The translations under genes and the position numbers were made by a program. From Candidatus Bipolaricaulota bacterium (lineage in GTDB: Bacteria > Bipolaricaulota > Bipolaricaulia > RBG-16-55-9 > DRXL01): 64,000 bases of DNA. This document shows, piece by piece, positions 1-9,216 of the stretch. A model generated the notes under the pieces. It was not told where the DNA came from and made no database searches. It worked only from the letters and a program-made list of their open reading frames with translations. Numbering within the stretch: the stretch's first letter is position 1; the number at the start of each line of letters is the position of its first letter. Location of the stretch: assembly GCA_025061735.1 (NCBI GenBank), contig JANXAU010000044.1, positions 13,933 to 77,932 of the forward strand, given 5' to 3'.

Positions 1-1
1 T

Positions 2-244
2 TTTCACGTGATATTTCCTGCAAAAACGCACGCGTGTATCCGGCTTGCGGCCACGTCTGTATGGCTGGTAGGGGTCTGTTAAGGGTCGGTCGTTGCCAAG
101 CCAATCGAGAAGGTCTGAGAAGGCCGTCTCATAGACTTCGAGGGTCTTGCGAGAGCGTCCTTCGATCCGAGCATAAAGCTGAAAGGCGTCCATAGCCTCG
201 GTGAGGGTCTCGAACGTCCGGCGGATGGGGGTCTGGGTAAGCAT
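2..244 (-). mobile_element. N-terminal (SAM-like core-binding) region of a tyrosine recombinase/integrase, running off the left edge; possibly a truncated remnant
   Basis: Hand translation from ATG at 244: MLTQTPIRRTFETLTEAMDAFQLYARIEGRSRKTLEVYETAFSDLLDWLG, fitting the F..Y...EGRS.KT...Y pattern of integrase N-termini. Open to the window edge and next to a tRNA. Not in the ORF track. Confidence 0.6.
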
Positions 245-337
245 AGAAGTCGGTCGAAAAAAGACCGTCGGCCTCCTTTCGTTTTCCGGCTCAGGCGGCC
301 TTGGGGAGCCAGAGAGGGCCGTGAGGGGGTTTCTCTT

Positions 338-366
338 TTGACAAGCGGCTCTTGGGCTGGTAGAAT
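338..366 (+). promoter_or_regulatory. sigma70-type promoter of tRNA-Arg
   Basis: TTGACA (338-343), 17 bp spacer, TG-extended TAGAAT (361-366), 12 nt upstream of the tRNA. Confidence 0.85.
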
Positions 367-378
367 AGCTTAAGCTGT

Positions 379-455
379 GCGCCCGTAGCTCAGGGGATCA
401 GAGCGCTGGCCTGCGGAGCCAGAGGTCGGAGGTTCAAGTCCTCCCGGGCGTACCA
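379..455 (+). tRNA. tRNA-Arg (anticodon GCG)
   Basis: Acceptor GCGCCCG/CGGGCGT, anticodon arm CTGGC-CT GCG GA-GCCAG, T-loop GTTCAAG, encoded CCA. Confidence 0.95.
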
Positions 456-465
456 AAACGCTTTC

Positions 466-1422
466 ATGATCTTCCATATTCGCGAATTCACTGCCGACGA
501 TTACACGGCTATCGCCGAGATCGGCAACGCGATCTACCCCGACTATCGCTCCAGCGCCGACGAGATCCGCTACGACGACGAGCACTTCGATAAAAAATAT
601 CTCTTCAAACGCTATGTCGCCGAAATACAGAATCGGGTCGCGGGCTACGCGGAATATCATCACATGCCCGGCATGTTCCATCCCCAGAAGTTCTGGGTTT
701 ATGTCGGCGTCCATCCCAGCTTTCAAAAACGGGGCATCGGTCGGGCGCTCTACGAGAAGATCGAGACCGATCTGCGCGCGCTCAACGCCGTGCGCATCTT
801 CACCAACACTCGCGAAGATTACCCGCGCAGCTTAGCGTTCTTGCAGAGAAACGGCTTTGCGGAAACCCAACGCTCTTGGGAGTCGCGCTTGAATGTACAC
901 ACATTCGATCTCTCCAAGTTCGCGCACTATCTCGAAAGATTCTCGGCTCACGGTTTGACGATCTCCACGCTCGCGCAAGAACGCCAGCGCGATCCCGATT
1001 CTCTCAAGAAGCTGCACGAACTCTTTGTTCTCATTATGGAAGACGTGCCCCACCCCGATCAGTACACGCCCGTTGATTTTGAACACTTTCTGCGCTACAG
1101 CATCGAGCACCCTGACACCATCGCTGATGGCTACTTCATCGCCAAGGACGGCGAACAGTATATCGGGCTGAGCAACCTCCGACGCAGCCAAGGCGAGCCA
1201 AAAGATTTATATCAAGGGCTGACGGGCGTGCGCCGCGAGTATCGCAACAAGGGCATCGCGATAGCGCTCAAGCTCAAGACGGTTGAATACGCGCGCGCAC
1301 ACGGGTACGAAGTCATCAAGACATGGAACGACAGTACAAATGTGGGAATGCTAGCGATCAATGAGAAGCTGGGCTTTGTGCGCCAACCGGCGTGGATCAC
1401 GTTCGCGAAGGAGTTCGCATGA
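466..1422 (+). CDS. tandem GNAT family N-acetyltransferase
   Basis: Two acetyl-CoA motifs (VHPSFQKRGIG; TGVRREYRNKGIA) and the C-terminal N..MLAINEKLGF motif. Confidence 0.85.
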   Translation: MIFHIREFTADDYTAIAEIGNAIYPDYRSSADEIRYDDEHFDKKYLFKRYVAEIQNRVAGYAEYHHMPGMFHPQKFWVYVGVHPSFQKRGIGRALYEKIETDLRALNAVRIFTNTREDYPRSLAFLQRNGFAETQRSWESRLNVHTFDLSKFAHYLERFSAHGLTISTLAQERQRDPDSLKKLHELFVLIMEDVPHPDQYTPVDFEHFLRYSIEHPDTIADGYFIAKDGEQYIGLSNLRRSQGEPKDLYQGLTGVRREYRNKGIAIALKLKTVEYARAHGYEVIKTWNDSTNVGMLAINEKLGFVRQPAWITFAKEFA

Positions 1423-2564
1423 CGACGCTGCCGGTGCTAGAACTGGAGGGCACGCCCTACGAGCAAGGGCTGGCGCACGGTCGGCTCGCGTGCGAGCGGA
1501 TCGCGCAAAATTTAGAGATTTATTTCTATCGCTTCGAGCGCGAGACAAAACTTCAAAAATCTGAAGTCTTGCGCCGTGCGGGGTTGTATCTGGATGTGAT
1601 CGAGAGGCTCACGCCCTCCTACGCCGAAGCGATGCGCGGCGTTGCCGAAGGCGCTCACAGAGAGCTGTTGGAGATCGCGGCGCTCAACGCGCGCTACGAG
1701 CTGATTTACAGCGAAGTGACGAGACAGGCCCTCACCCCGCCCTACGGGCACCCCTCTCCCGTAGGTCACTACGGGAGAGGGGCTGGGGGTGAGGGCCACG
1801 ACGGCTGCACCAGCTTCGCCCTCTTGCCCACTAAGACTGCTCATGGGCACTTACTCTTGGCCGAAAACTGGGACTGGATTCCCAACGTGCAGGGCTTGGT
1901 ATTAAAAGTGCGTGAGCCGGGAGTGCCGCAGATTCTCTGCTTTACCGAGGCGGGGATCGTTGGGGGCAAGATCGGCTTGAACTCTTCGGGCTTGGGGCTT
2001 GCGATCAACGGGCTGCACTCCGAGCATGACAACTGGGCACGGCTCTCAAAGCCCTTTCATGTGCGGTGCTGGGAGATTTTAAGATGCTCTGAGTTTGAGC
2101 AAGCCGTGCGCGTCGTCACCGAAGGCGAGCGCAGCGTCTCGGCGAATTTTCTCATCGTCCAAGCGCCCGACAGAGCGATGGACTTAGAGACCGCACCGAC
2201 GGGCGTCAATAAGATTTTTCCCAAGGACGGCTGGCTCGCGCACACGAATCACTTTCTCGATCTGCAAGCTGTGGGTCTGACGCGCCGTCTTCAGACCTCC
2301 AAGCGCCCCAGCACCGAGCAGCGACTCGCTCGCGTTCAGCATCTCTTGAGCACCAGCTCTCGGATTTCTCAAGAGCGTGCGATAGAGATCTTGCGCGATC
2401 ACGACGATTTCCCCTACTCGCTCTGTCGCCATCCCGACGAGAGTTTTCCGCCAGAAGAGCGCTACGCCAGTGTTGTCTCGGTCGTGATGGACCTTCACGA
2501 GAAGACCCTTTTGATCGCGAGTGGGCCGCCGTGCCGGCATGAGTACCGAGTTTTGCGCATGTGA
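1419..2564 (+). CDS. peptidase C45 / acyl-CoA:6-APA acyltransferase family Ntn-hydrolase
   Basis: ATG overlaps the GNAT stop; GTPYEQG, GCTS autoproteolysis site, ENWDW, EAGIVGGKIGLNS, AHTNHF. Confidence 0.85.
   Translation: MTTLPVLELEGTPYEQGLAHGRLACERIAQNLEIYFYRFERETKLQKSEVLRRAGLYLDVIERLTPSYAEAMRGVAEGAHRELLEIAALNARYELIYSEVTRQALTPPYGHPSPVGHYGRGAGGEGHDGCTSFALLPTKTAHGHLLLAENWDWIPNVQGLVLKVREPGVPQILCFTEAGIVGGKIGLNSSGLGLAINGLHSEHDNWARLSKPFHVRCWEILRCSEFEQAVRVVTEGERSVSANFLIVQAPDRAMDLETAPTGVNKIFPKDGWLAHTNHFLDLQAVGLTRRLQTSKRPSTEQRLARVQHLLSTSSRISQERAIEILRDHDDFPYSLCRHPDESFPPEERYASVVSVVMDLHEKTLLIASGPPCRHEYRVLRM
1727..1797. repeat. BoxC-like palindromic repeat inserted in frame in the C45 gene
   Basis: Outer 12-bp IR GGCCCTCACCCC/GGGGTGAGGGCC and inner 14-bp IR CCCCTCTCCCGTAG/CTACGGGAGAGGGG. 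Confidence 0.8.
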
Positions 2565-2579
2565 AAGTTTGTACCCGCT

Positions 2580-3020
2580 TCACCCTTGCACTTCTGAGGT
2601 ACAATAAGGGCAGCGCGTCGCCCGGATCGAGATGACCGAGAAGCAATAGGGGCACTCTTTTGTTGTCGGTGCTGCAGGCGCCGGCTCAGGTTGTCGTCTT
2701 AGACGATTGACCTGCCGAATCACTAAAAAGACCGCAAACGTGACGATTACGAAGTCGAGCACCGTATTCAGAAAGACCCCGTAGTTAATCGTGGGAGCAC
2801 CTGCGGCTTTGGCTTCTGTCAGGGACCTATAAGTCTGCCCAGAAAGATCGATGAACAGATTCGAGAAATCCACCCGACCCAAGAGCAACCCGATAGGAGG
2901 CATCAGAATATCATTGACGAACGAGCTGACGATCTTGCCGAAGGCCGCACCGATAATGATCCCCACGGCCATGTCCAGCACGTTGCCGCGCATCGCAAAC
3001 TCTTTGAACTCTTTGAGCAT
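2580..3020 (-). CDS. mscL: large-conductance mechanosensitive channel with C-terminal double CxxC
   Basis: [31 protein letters not shown]; tail CPYC..CPYC; alternative GTG start at 3029. Confidence 0.95.
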   Translation of the reverse strand: MLKEFKEFAMRGNVLDMAVGIIIGAAFGKIVSSFVNDILMPPIGLLLGRVDFSNLFIDLSGQTYRSLTEAKAAGAPTINYGVFLNTVLDFVIVTFAVFLVIRQVNRLRRQPEPAPAAPTTKECPYCFSVISIRATRCPYCTSEVQG

Positions 3021-3025
3021 CTGGC

Positions 3026-3616
3026 TCACCTCGTTTGATGGAGTGCTTGCTGGGCTTTTTGGACAGATTCTTCAAAGATGGCTTGTACGTCGTGAGTGTC
3101 CACTAAGGGGGAGAAGTCACGCAGCCACTGGCGGATATAAGCGAGATCCAGCTTGAGCTGCTGACGAATCAAAATATTTTCTATGTCTTCACGATCTCGC
3201 GCTCGGCCCGCTACGCACTTATGAATGATCAAGTCTTCCGCGCTGATGAGACGGATGGCCGGCAACCCTGAAAGAGAAACAGATATCGCTCTGCGCATGA
3301 CCTCTTCTTCGTAGCCGGGGATGCCCAGCGAGATATCCACCGGTACTCCGTGTTGGGTCTCTACTAAAAGGACACGATGACGACGAGCGAAGTCTAAAGC
3401 ATCCGGCAGTCGCGGGCGAAATCGCGCTAAAATTTCTGCAAAGAAGCGCTCTTGCTGCTCTTGAGGGACCAAGACAGTGACATCTACATCACGAGTCGTA
3501 CGTGGCTCCCCCCAGTATTGCACGGCCAAGCCGCCGAGCAGAACGTAAGCGATGCCCTGCTGTTCGAGAAACTCAGCGATCTCAGCCGCTGCTTGCAACG
3601 GAGTCATTACGATCAT
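3026..3616 (-). CDS. nucleotidyltransferase-fold protein (DUF6036/AbiEii-like), putative TA component
   Basis: [17 protein letters not shown] and EDLIIHK..AGR..DREDI motifs. Confidence 0.7.
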   Translation of the reverse strand: MIVMTPLQAAAEIAEFLEQQGIAYVLLGGLAVQYWGEPRTTRDVDVTVLVPQEQQERFFAEILARFRPRLPDALDFARRHRVLLVETQHGVPVDISLGIPGYEEEVMRRAISVSLSGLPAIRLISAEDLIIHKCVAGRARDREDIENILIRQQLKLDLAYIRQWLRDFSPLVDTHDVQAIFEESVQKAQQALHQTR

Positions 3617-3828
3617 CGAGCAAGCGCTCGGCGCATGGCCAGTAGCACGGGCGACGGTTGCATTCTATGCGTATCCTTCGGGTATGGCAGGGTCAGATAG
3701 AGGGTGAGCGCTTGCTCAGGGCTGAGATTCAGCAAGAAGTGAACACGCTCTTCTTCGATTCTTTGCGCAGCAGCTTGCTGATCTTCGAGCCAGCGAGTGA
3801 CAAGGGTTCTATCTAGCTTGGTTGCCAT
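3613..3828 (-). CDS. small protein coupled to the nucleotidyltransferase (putative TA partner)
   Basis: 71 aa, ATGA overlap with the downstream gene, TATAAT just upstream. Confidence 0.6.
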   Translation of the reverse strand: MATKLDRTLVTRWLEDQQAAAQRIEEERVHFLLNLSPEQALTLYLTLPYPKDTHRMQPSPVLLAMRRALAR

Positions 3829-3951
3829 AACGCATATTTATTATAGATATGATGGGGCTTAGAAGTCAAGAGATTTGCTGTTGTCAAAAGCCCGGGCTCC
3901 TATGCAACAAAAACTCTGGCGCTGGAGCGCCGTGAGTGCTATACTCTTTCT

Positions 3952-4710
3952 GTGCCCATAGAACTCTTCGCCCTCGTAGCGCTGCTGGCCTTCTTGGCCG
4001 AGTATATCGATTCGTCGCTCGGCATGGGCTACGGCACCACGCTCAGCCCCCTGCTCTTGCTCCTGGGCTTCAGCCCCATCGAAGTGGTCCCCATCGTCTT
4101 GCTCTCCGAATGCATCACCGGGATCGTCGCGGCTCGCTTTCATCATACCTATCAGAACGTCAGCTTCCGGCGCGACTCCCTTGATTTCAAAGTCGCGTTG
4201 GTGCTTGGACTCATCGGCATCGCCGGAGCTGTCGTTGCGGTCACCCTCGCGCTGCGCCTGCCCGATCTCTGGGTCAAGCTCTACATCGGATTGCTCGTCT
4301 TGGGTATGGGCGTACTGATTCTCTTCACGCGCACGTACAGCGACGGCTTCTCGTGGGGGCGTCTTGTGGCTATTGGATTCTTAAGTTCGTTCAACAAGGG
4401 GCTGACCGGGGGCGGCTACGGCCCGCTCATCACCACCGGGCAGATCTTTGCCGGGCTGAATCCCAAAGCCGCCGTGGGGATCACCAGCTTGGCCGAAGGG
4501 GTGGTCTCCTTCGTTGGAGTGGGGGCTTATGTCTTACTGGCGAAAGAGCTCAACTGGGCGTTGGCGATCCCCGTCTTGCTCGGCGCGCTCGCGTCGGCTC
4601 CTCTGGCCGCTCTCACCGTGCAGAGACTGCGTTCTCTTCATCTGAAGCGTTTGATCGGGCTCTTAGCTATTGCGATTGGGCTGCTCACGCTGGCGCGTCT
4701 TCTCTTATGA
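3952..4710 (+). CDS. TauE/SafE (TSUP) family membrane transporter
   Basis: DSSLGMGYG and GGGYGP repeats, about 8 hydrophobic segments. Confidence 0.85.
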   Translation: MPIELFALVALLAFLAEYIDSSLGMGYGTTLSPLLLLLGFSPIEVVPIVLLSECITGIVAARFHHTYQNVSFRRDSLDFKVALVLGLIGIAGAVVAVTLALRLPDLWVKLYIGLLVLGMGVLILFTRTYSDGFSWGRLVAIGFLSSFNKGLTGGGYGPLITTGQIFAGLNPKAAVGITSLAEGVVSFVGVGAYVLLAKELNWALAIPVLLGALASAPLAALTVQRLRSLHLKRLIGLLAIAIGLLTLARLLL

Positions 4711-5261
4711 AGCGATTGGCTCTTCTCTATCTGATCGTGGGGACGCTCTTTATCGCGACCTTGGGGGTGCTCTGGTGGCGCGTGACGCAGGTCACGCAAG
4801 CGCCCGCGACCTCGCTCCTGACCGTCACCGTTCCCGTCTATCGTCACGCCCCGGCATTTGATCTGCCCTTGCTTGATGGCTCGACGCTCACGCTGACCCA
4901 GCTGCGCGGGCGCAAAGCGATCCTGAACTTCTGGGCCAGCTGGTGCGGCCCCTGCAGAGCCGAGATGCCCCATCTAGAAAGCCTCTACCAGCGCTACAAA
5001 GAGAGGCTGCTCGTCGTGGGGATCAACATCGCCGAGGAGTCGGAAACCGTCCGAAGATTTCTCGAGAGGGTACGCGTTACTTATCCCGTGCTCTTAGATG
5101 CCCAAGGCCGAGTCGCGCGCGCCTATGGCGTCATTGCTCAGCCAGCGACCTACTGGATAGACGAGCGCGGCCAGATCATCTACAGAAAATTCGGGGCCTA
5201 CTCTCCTTCAGAATTAGAAGATATAGCCCGTGCGTTTCTAGCGCTCCCCCCAGCGCCCTAG
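4707..5261 (+). CDS. TlpA/ResA family membrane-anchored thiol-disulfide oxidoreductase
   Basis: ATGA overlap at 4707, N-terminal TM, LNFWASWCGPCRAEMP. Confidence 0.9.
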   Translation: MKRLALLYLIVGTLFIATLGVLWWRVTQVTQAPATSLLTVTVPVYRHAPAFDLPLLDGSTLTLTQLRGRKAILNFWASWCGPCRAEMPHLESLYQRYKERLLVVGINIAEESETVRRFLERVRVTYPVLLDAQGRVARAYGVIAQPATYWIDERGQIIYRKFGAYSPSELEDIARAFLALPPAP

Positions 5262-5289
5262 CTTGGTCGCTCGTCGCTGACCGTTGTCC

Positions 5290-5318
5290 TTGAGGGGCGT
5301 GCAGAAGGGTGCTAGAAT
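5290..5318 (+). promoter_or_regulatory. promoter of mre11-rad50-nurA (near-leaderless)
   Basis: TTGAGG-17bp-TAGAAT with TG extension, 9 nt before ATG, no SD. Confidence 0.6.
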
Positions 5319-5327
5319 GAACCGAGC

Positions 5328-6365
5328 ATGGCGCGCATCTTGCACACAGGAGACACCCACATTGGCTTTCGCCAATACGGCCTAGAAGAGCGCCGCGAGG
5401 ACTTCGCCAAGGCGTTCTTGCAGGTCGTACACTTGGCCATAGAAGAGCGAGTCGATGCCGTCATCCACGCCGGGGATCTCTTTGAGGATCGCCTCCCCGG
5501 TGCAGAGGACCTCCAAGCGACCCTGCAAGGGCTGTTCCAGCTCAAAAACGCTCATATTAAGTTTCTGGGGATCGTGGGCAATCACGAGCAGCGCCGCGGC
5601 GTCCAATGGCTCGATCTCTTCGCTAGCTTAGATTTAGCGGTGCATCTGACGCTCCAGCCCTACGATCTGAAGGGCATCCCCATCTATGGGCTGGACTTTG
5701 CGGGGCGGCGCGAGCTGGAGCCGCCTCGCTGCGACGGCGGCGTCTTGGTCTGCCATCAGTTGCTCGACAGGGTCGAACCCGACGGCGAGCTCTCCCTCAA
5801 GAAGCTCTTGAACTGCGGCGCCAAAACGGTCTTGCTGGGCGATTTTCACGAGCGCCAGGTCTGGTACGAGAAGGGCGTTCTCGTCACTTACTGTGGGAGC
5901 ACCGAGCGCTGGGCCATAGACGAACAGAGAAGGCGCAGCGTCAACCTGATTGACCTGAAGACCAATCGCATCGATCACCGCGATCTGAAGACCAGAGAGT
6001 TTCTCTATATCGGCGTTGACGAAGACCCCATTCAAAGGCTGAAGAACGCAGACGTAGAAGAGAAGGTCGTCGTGATCTATCTGAAGGGCGGGAGGGTGAC
6101 GGTGGCGGAGCTGGAGGAGCTGGGGCGCCAGCGCGGCGCGCTGGCCGTGCGCGTGCGCGATTTGCGCGAAGGGGAGAGCGAGATGGAGCACCAACCCGAT
6201 GTGCAGATGGACTACGGGGACGTAGAGCACGCGATCTCCGAGGCCCTAGCGCGGCGCGCCCTCTCCCCGCTCGCCCGTGAGATGGATCAGATCATCCGAG
6301 ATTTTCGTATTCCCGACTCCAACATAGATGGAGAAGTCACCGCTCTCTTGGAGGGACGACGCTAA
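5328..6365 (+). CDS. mre11: Mre11/SbcD DNA repair nuclease
   Basis: Metallophosphoesterase motifs DTH, AGDLF, GNHE, GDFH, YCGS. Confidence 0.9.
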   Translation: MARILHTGDTHIGFRQYGLEERREDFAKAFLQVVHLAIEERVDAVIHAGDLFEDRLPGAEDLQATLQGLFQLKNAHIKFLGIVGNHEQRRGVQWLDLFASLDLAVHLTLQPYDLKGIPIYGLDFAGRRELEPPRCDGGVLVCHQLLDRVEPDGELSLKKLLNCGAKTVLLGDFHERQVWYEKGVLVTYCGSTERWAIDEQRRRSVNLIDLKTNRIDHRDLKTREFLYIGVDEDPIQRLKNADVEEKVVVIYLKGGRVTVAELEELGRQRGALAVRVRDLREGESEMEHQPDVQMDYGDVEHAISEALARRALSPLAREMDQIIRDFRIPDSNIDGEVTALLEGRR

Positions 6366-9214
6366 TGCCCCGCCGATCCCCGCCTGTGCCCCCTCTGCTC
6401 GATCTGCTCCCTAAAGAGGTCTCCCCGGAGACCGGGCCGGCCCTGCGCGACCGCCCGCGTTCTCTGGCGCACGACCAGCTGCTCCTGGAGCGCCTAGAGA
6501 TCGAAAACTTCTGGAGCTACCGCAAAGCGACGGTGCAGTTTGAGCCGGGGATCACGGTGATCGCCGGTCCTAACGGCAGCGGCAAATCTTCGCTTCTGGA
6601 GAGCATCTTCTTCGCGCTCTACGGCAGCGAAGCCCGGCATGTCATCGGGCGCAATCTCGACGAGATCCTGCGCATCGGTGCGGAATCGGGGTCGGTGAGG
6701 CTAGACTTTTCGTACAGCGGGCGGCGCTACACCGCCCAGATCGCGTTGCGCCGCCACAAGGGCGCCACCAAGAGCGAGCGCGACGGATGTCAATTGAGCT
6801 GCGAGGACGGCACCGTCTGGTTGGGGGTAGAAGACGTCACGGCCGAGATCGAAAGGCTCTTTGGCATGGATCGCGACGGGTTCACCAACTGTGTCTATGT
6901 GCGCCAAGGCGAGATCGACAAGCTGATTCGCGCCGACCGCAAGACACGCGAGCAGATGCTCGACGGGCTTTTGGGGCTGTACAAGCTCGATCTCTACGTC
7001 AGTCCACGAGCCAAAGAAGCCCAGCGGGCGCTCAACCGTCGCGCGGAGGTGATCTCTGCGCGGATCGCGCGCCTGCGCGCCGAGATCGAGTCGTTAGAGG
7101 GGCAGGAGCTGGGGCGCCAGAAGCAGCAGCTCACCGAGAAGATCGAGGCCGTGCACGCCCAACTCAAGGAGCTGGATGAGCAACGCGCGGACGCTTATAA
7201 GCGCTTGCAGATCTACGAAGAAGAGATCAAGCGTTTTCAACAGACGCAACAGGAGGCCGAGCAGACCCAGCGGGAGCTGAAGGAGAAAGAGCGTCGCTTG
7301 GCGCAGCGGGAGTCGGAGCGCCGTGCCCTCGAAGCGGAGCTAGAAGCGCTAGAGGTGCGTCAACAGAAGGCGATCTTAGGGATTAGAGCAGCTCTGCAAA
7401 AATGGGACGTCGCGTTGTCGCCCATCTTAAATTCGTTAGAGCGAGCCACGGCGTGGGAAGAGATCTGCTGGTTGCCCGGGGCATTGAGCGAGAGCCGCCA
7501 GCGCGTGGAGAGCCAGCGCGAGCGGGTGCGAGAGCTGCGCGAGTCCGAGGTGCGTCTTGCGACCGAGAGAGCGCAACACGAGCGAAACTTGGCTGAATGG
7601 CAAGAGCAGCGCCGCGAGCTCATGAAGCTCTATGAGCGCGAGGAGAGGCAGCTTCGCCAACACGAAGCTCAGAAAGCCCAAACAGAATCGCTCTTGCGAG
7701 CGCAAGAGCGTCAAATCAACGAAATGCTGATGGGGCTGCGCTTGGACGCCCAGAAGGCGGGGGTGCCATCTTGGGGGGAGAAGGTCACCGCGGGCCAGAT
7801 CGCGCAATGGCGCGCGGCGTGGGCGGAGCGCTTGAGTGTCTTGGAGGGGCAGGGCGAACAGGCGCGTCGTGCGGTCTTCGAGGCGCGAACCCAGTGCGAT
7901 CTCTTGCGGCGCGCCAGCGAAGAGAAACAGAAGTTGTTGGCGGAAGGGCGCTGTCCGACGTGCGGGCAGCCCGTAACGGCAGAGCATCTGGCCAAGGCGC
8001 TAGAGGAGTTCCAGCCCCGGCTTGCGGAACTGGAGCGCCTCGTCCACGAAGAAGAGGCCGCGCTGCGTCAGATCGAAGAGAAGCTTGCTCGCTGGCGCGC
8101 CGTACAGAAGCAGCTGGATAGGCTGATCGTAGAGATGGAACGGCTGCAAGCACGGCAGCAAGAGGCCGCTCTGCAGGAGCGAGCCATCAGCGAAGGGCAG
8201 GAGCGCTTGACAGCGCTGCACGCTCGACTGGCCGAGCTGGATCAACGCATTGAAAACGAAAGGGCGATACTCGCAGCGCGGCAGTCGCAACACGAAGAGC
8301 TGCGCGCGCAGCTGAAGTCGGCCCACCAGGAATTCGAAGAGTCGTTAGCTCGCCAACAAAAATTGGAAGACTTAAAGTCCGAGGTGGAGCAGTGGCTGCG
8401 GCAGCGCGCCCACAAACGCGAGAAGCAGGGCGCGCACAAGGCGCTTTTGGAGAGCCTCAACGAGTTGCGCGGCGATGTGGCGCGCTTGCAGGATCGCCTC
8501 GCGCAGCTCCGGGCGCGTCTTCGGGACCAATCCGAAAGCGAGCATAAGAAAATCTACGTGCAACAGAGGCTGGAACAGCTTCAGCAGCAACGTGCGGCCG
8601 TTCAACAAGAGTATGAAGAGTTGGCGCAGCGGCGCGGCATGATCCAGAGCCAGCTGGAGCACCTGGAGAAGCTGAGAGCTGAACACGATCAGGCTCTGCA
8701 AGAGCAAGCGCGCTTGGAGAGGCTCCAGACAGAGTTGGCCGAGATCGTCTCGATCTATCAGACGACCAAAGTTGAGCTGCGCAAGCGCAATCTAGAAGCG
8801 CTCAATTATTACTTTAACGAGTTTTTTGCGCTGATGGATTCTGGGGACAGCTATCGGCGGGTGCGGGTGCGCGACGATTACGAGATCGAAGTTGAGCTGA
8901 AGAGCGGGCGCAAGCTCAATCCCGCGTTGCTCTCGGGGGGCGAGCGCGCGCTGACGAACATCGCTCTGCGCTGCGCCATTCATCAAGTCTTGGCCAAAGC
9001 GGTGCGGAGAATGCCCTTGATCTTGGACGAGCCGACGATCTATTTAGATCGCGATCGCATTCACCGATTGCAGTTTTTGCTAGAAGACTTGGGCAAGCGC
9101 GTAGGGCAAGTGATTGTCGTCTCGCACGAAGTGGGTCTGGTTGAGGGGGCCGATCACGAATATCGCACCGAGAAGGGCAGCGATAATATCAGTATAATCT
9201 ATAAAGTGCGTTAG
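6365..9214 (+). CDS. rad50: Rad50/SbcC SMC-like ATPase
   Basis: Walker A GPNGSGKSS, VRQGE Q-loop, long coiled coil with zinc hook CPTC (7952-7963), LSGGE, ILDEPT, VVSH. Confidence 0.92.
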   Translation: MPRRSPPVPPLLDLLPKEVSPETGPALRDRPRSLAHDQLLLERLEIENFWSYRKATVQFEPGITVIAGPNGSGKSSLLESIFFALYGSEARHVIGRNLDEILRIGAESGSVRLDFSYSGRRYTAQIALRRHKGATKSERDGCQLSCEDGTVWLGVEDVTAEIERLFGMDRDGFTNCVYVRQGEIDKLIRADRKTREQMLDGLLGLYKLDLYVSPRAKEAQRALNRRAEVISARIARLRAEIESLEGQELGRQKQQLTEKIEAVHAQLKELDEQRADAYKRLQIYEEEIKRFQQTQQEAEQTQRELKEKERRLAQRESERRALEAELEALEVRQQKAILGIRAALQKWDVALSPILNSLERATAWEEICWLPGALSESRQRVESQRERVRELRESEVRLATERAQHERNLAEWQEQRRELMKLYEREERQLRQHEAQKAQTESLLRAQERQINEMLMGLRLDAQKAGVPSWGEKVTAGQIAQWRAAWAERLSVLEGQGEQARRAVFEARTQCDLLRRASEEKQKLLAEGRCPTCGQPVTAEHLAKALEEFQPRLAELERLVHEEEAALRQIEEKLARWRAVQKQLDRLIVEMERLQARQQEAALQERAISEGQERLTALHARLAELDQRIENERAILAARQSQHEELRAQLKSAHQEFEESLARQQKLEDLKSEVEQWLRQRAHKREKQGAHKALLESLNELRGDVARLQDRLAQLRARLRDQSESEHKKIYVQQRLEQLQQQRAAVQQEYEELAQRRGMIQSQLEHLEKLRAEHDQALQEQARLERLQTELAEIVSIYQTTKVELRKRNLEALNYYFNEFFALMDSGDSYRRVRVRDDYEIEVELKSGRKLNPALLSGGERALTNIALRCAIHQVLAKAVRRMPLILDEPTIYLDRDRIHRLQFLLEDLGKRVGQVIVVSHEVGLVEGADHEYRTEKGSDNISIIYKVR

Positions 9215-9216
9215 TT

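Noticed and set aside
370..726. 118-aa minus-strand ORF
   Set aside because: Antisense to the tRNA and GNAT; its C-terminus (GGLEPPTSG) is the typical reverse translation of a tRNA.
4353..4706. Long N-terminal extension of the TlpA ORF
   Set aside because: Overlaps tauE out of frame; the ATGA overlap at 4707 gives a normal signal anchor. The same applies to the extended starts at 23058, 23450, 24812, 25648, 38207, 43129 and 60592.
7000..8760. Low-complexity GAG/CAG/CGC-rich stretch as a tandem repeat
   Set aside because: It is the Rad50 coiled coil; no exact DNA repeat unit is visible.
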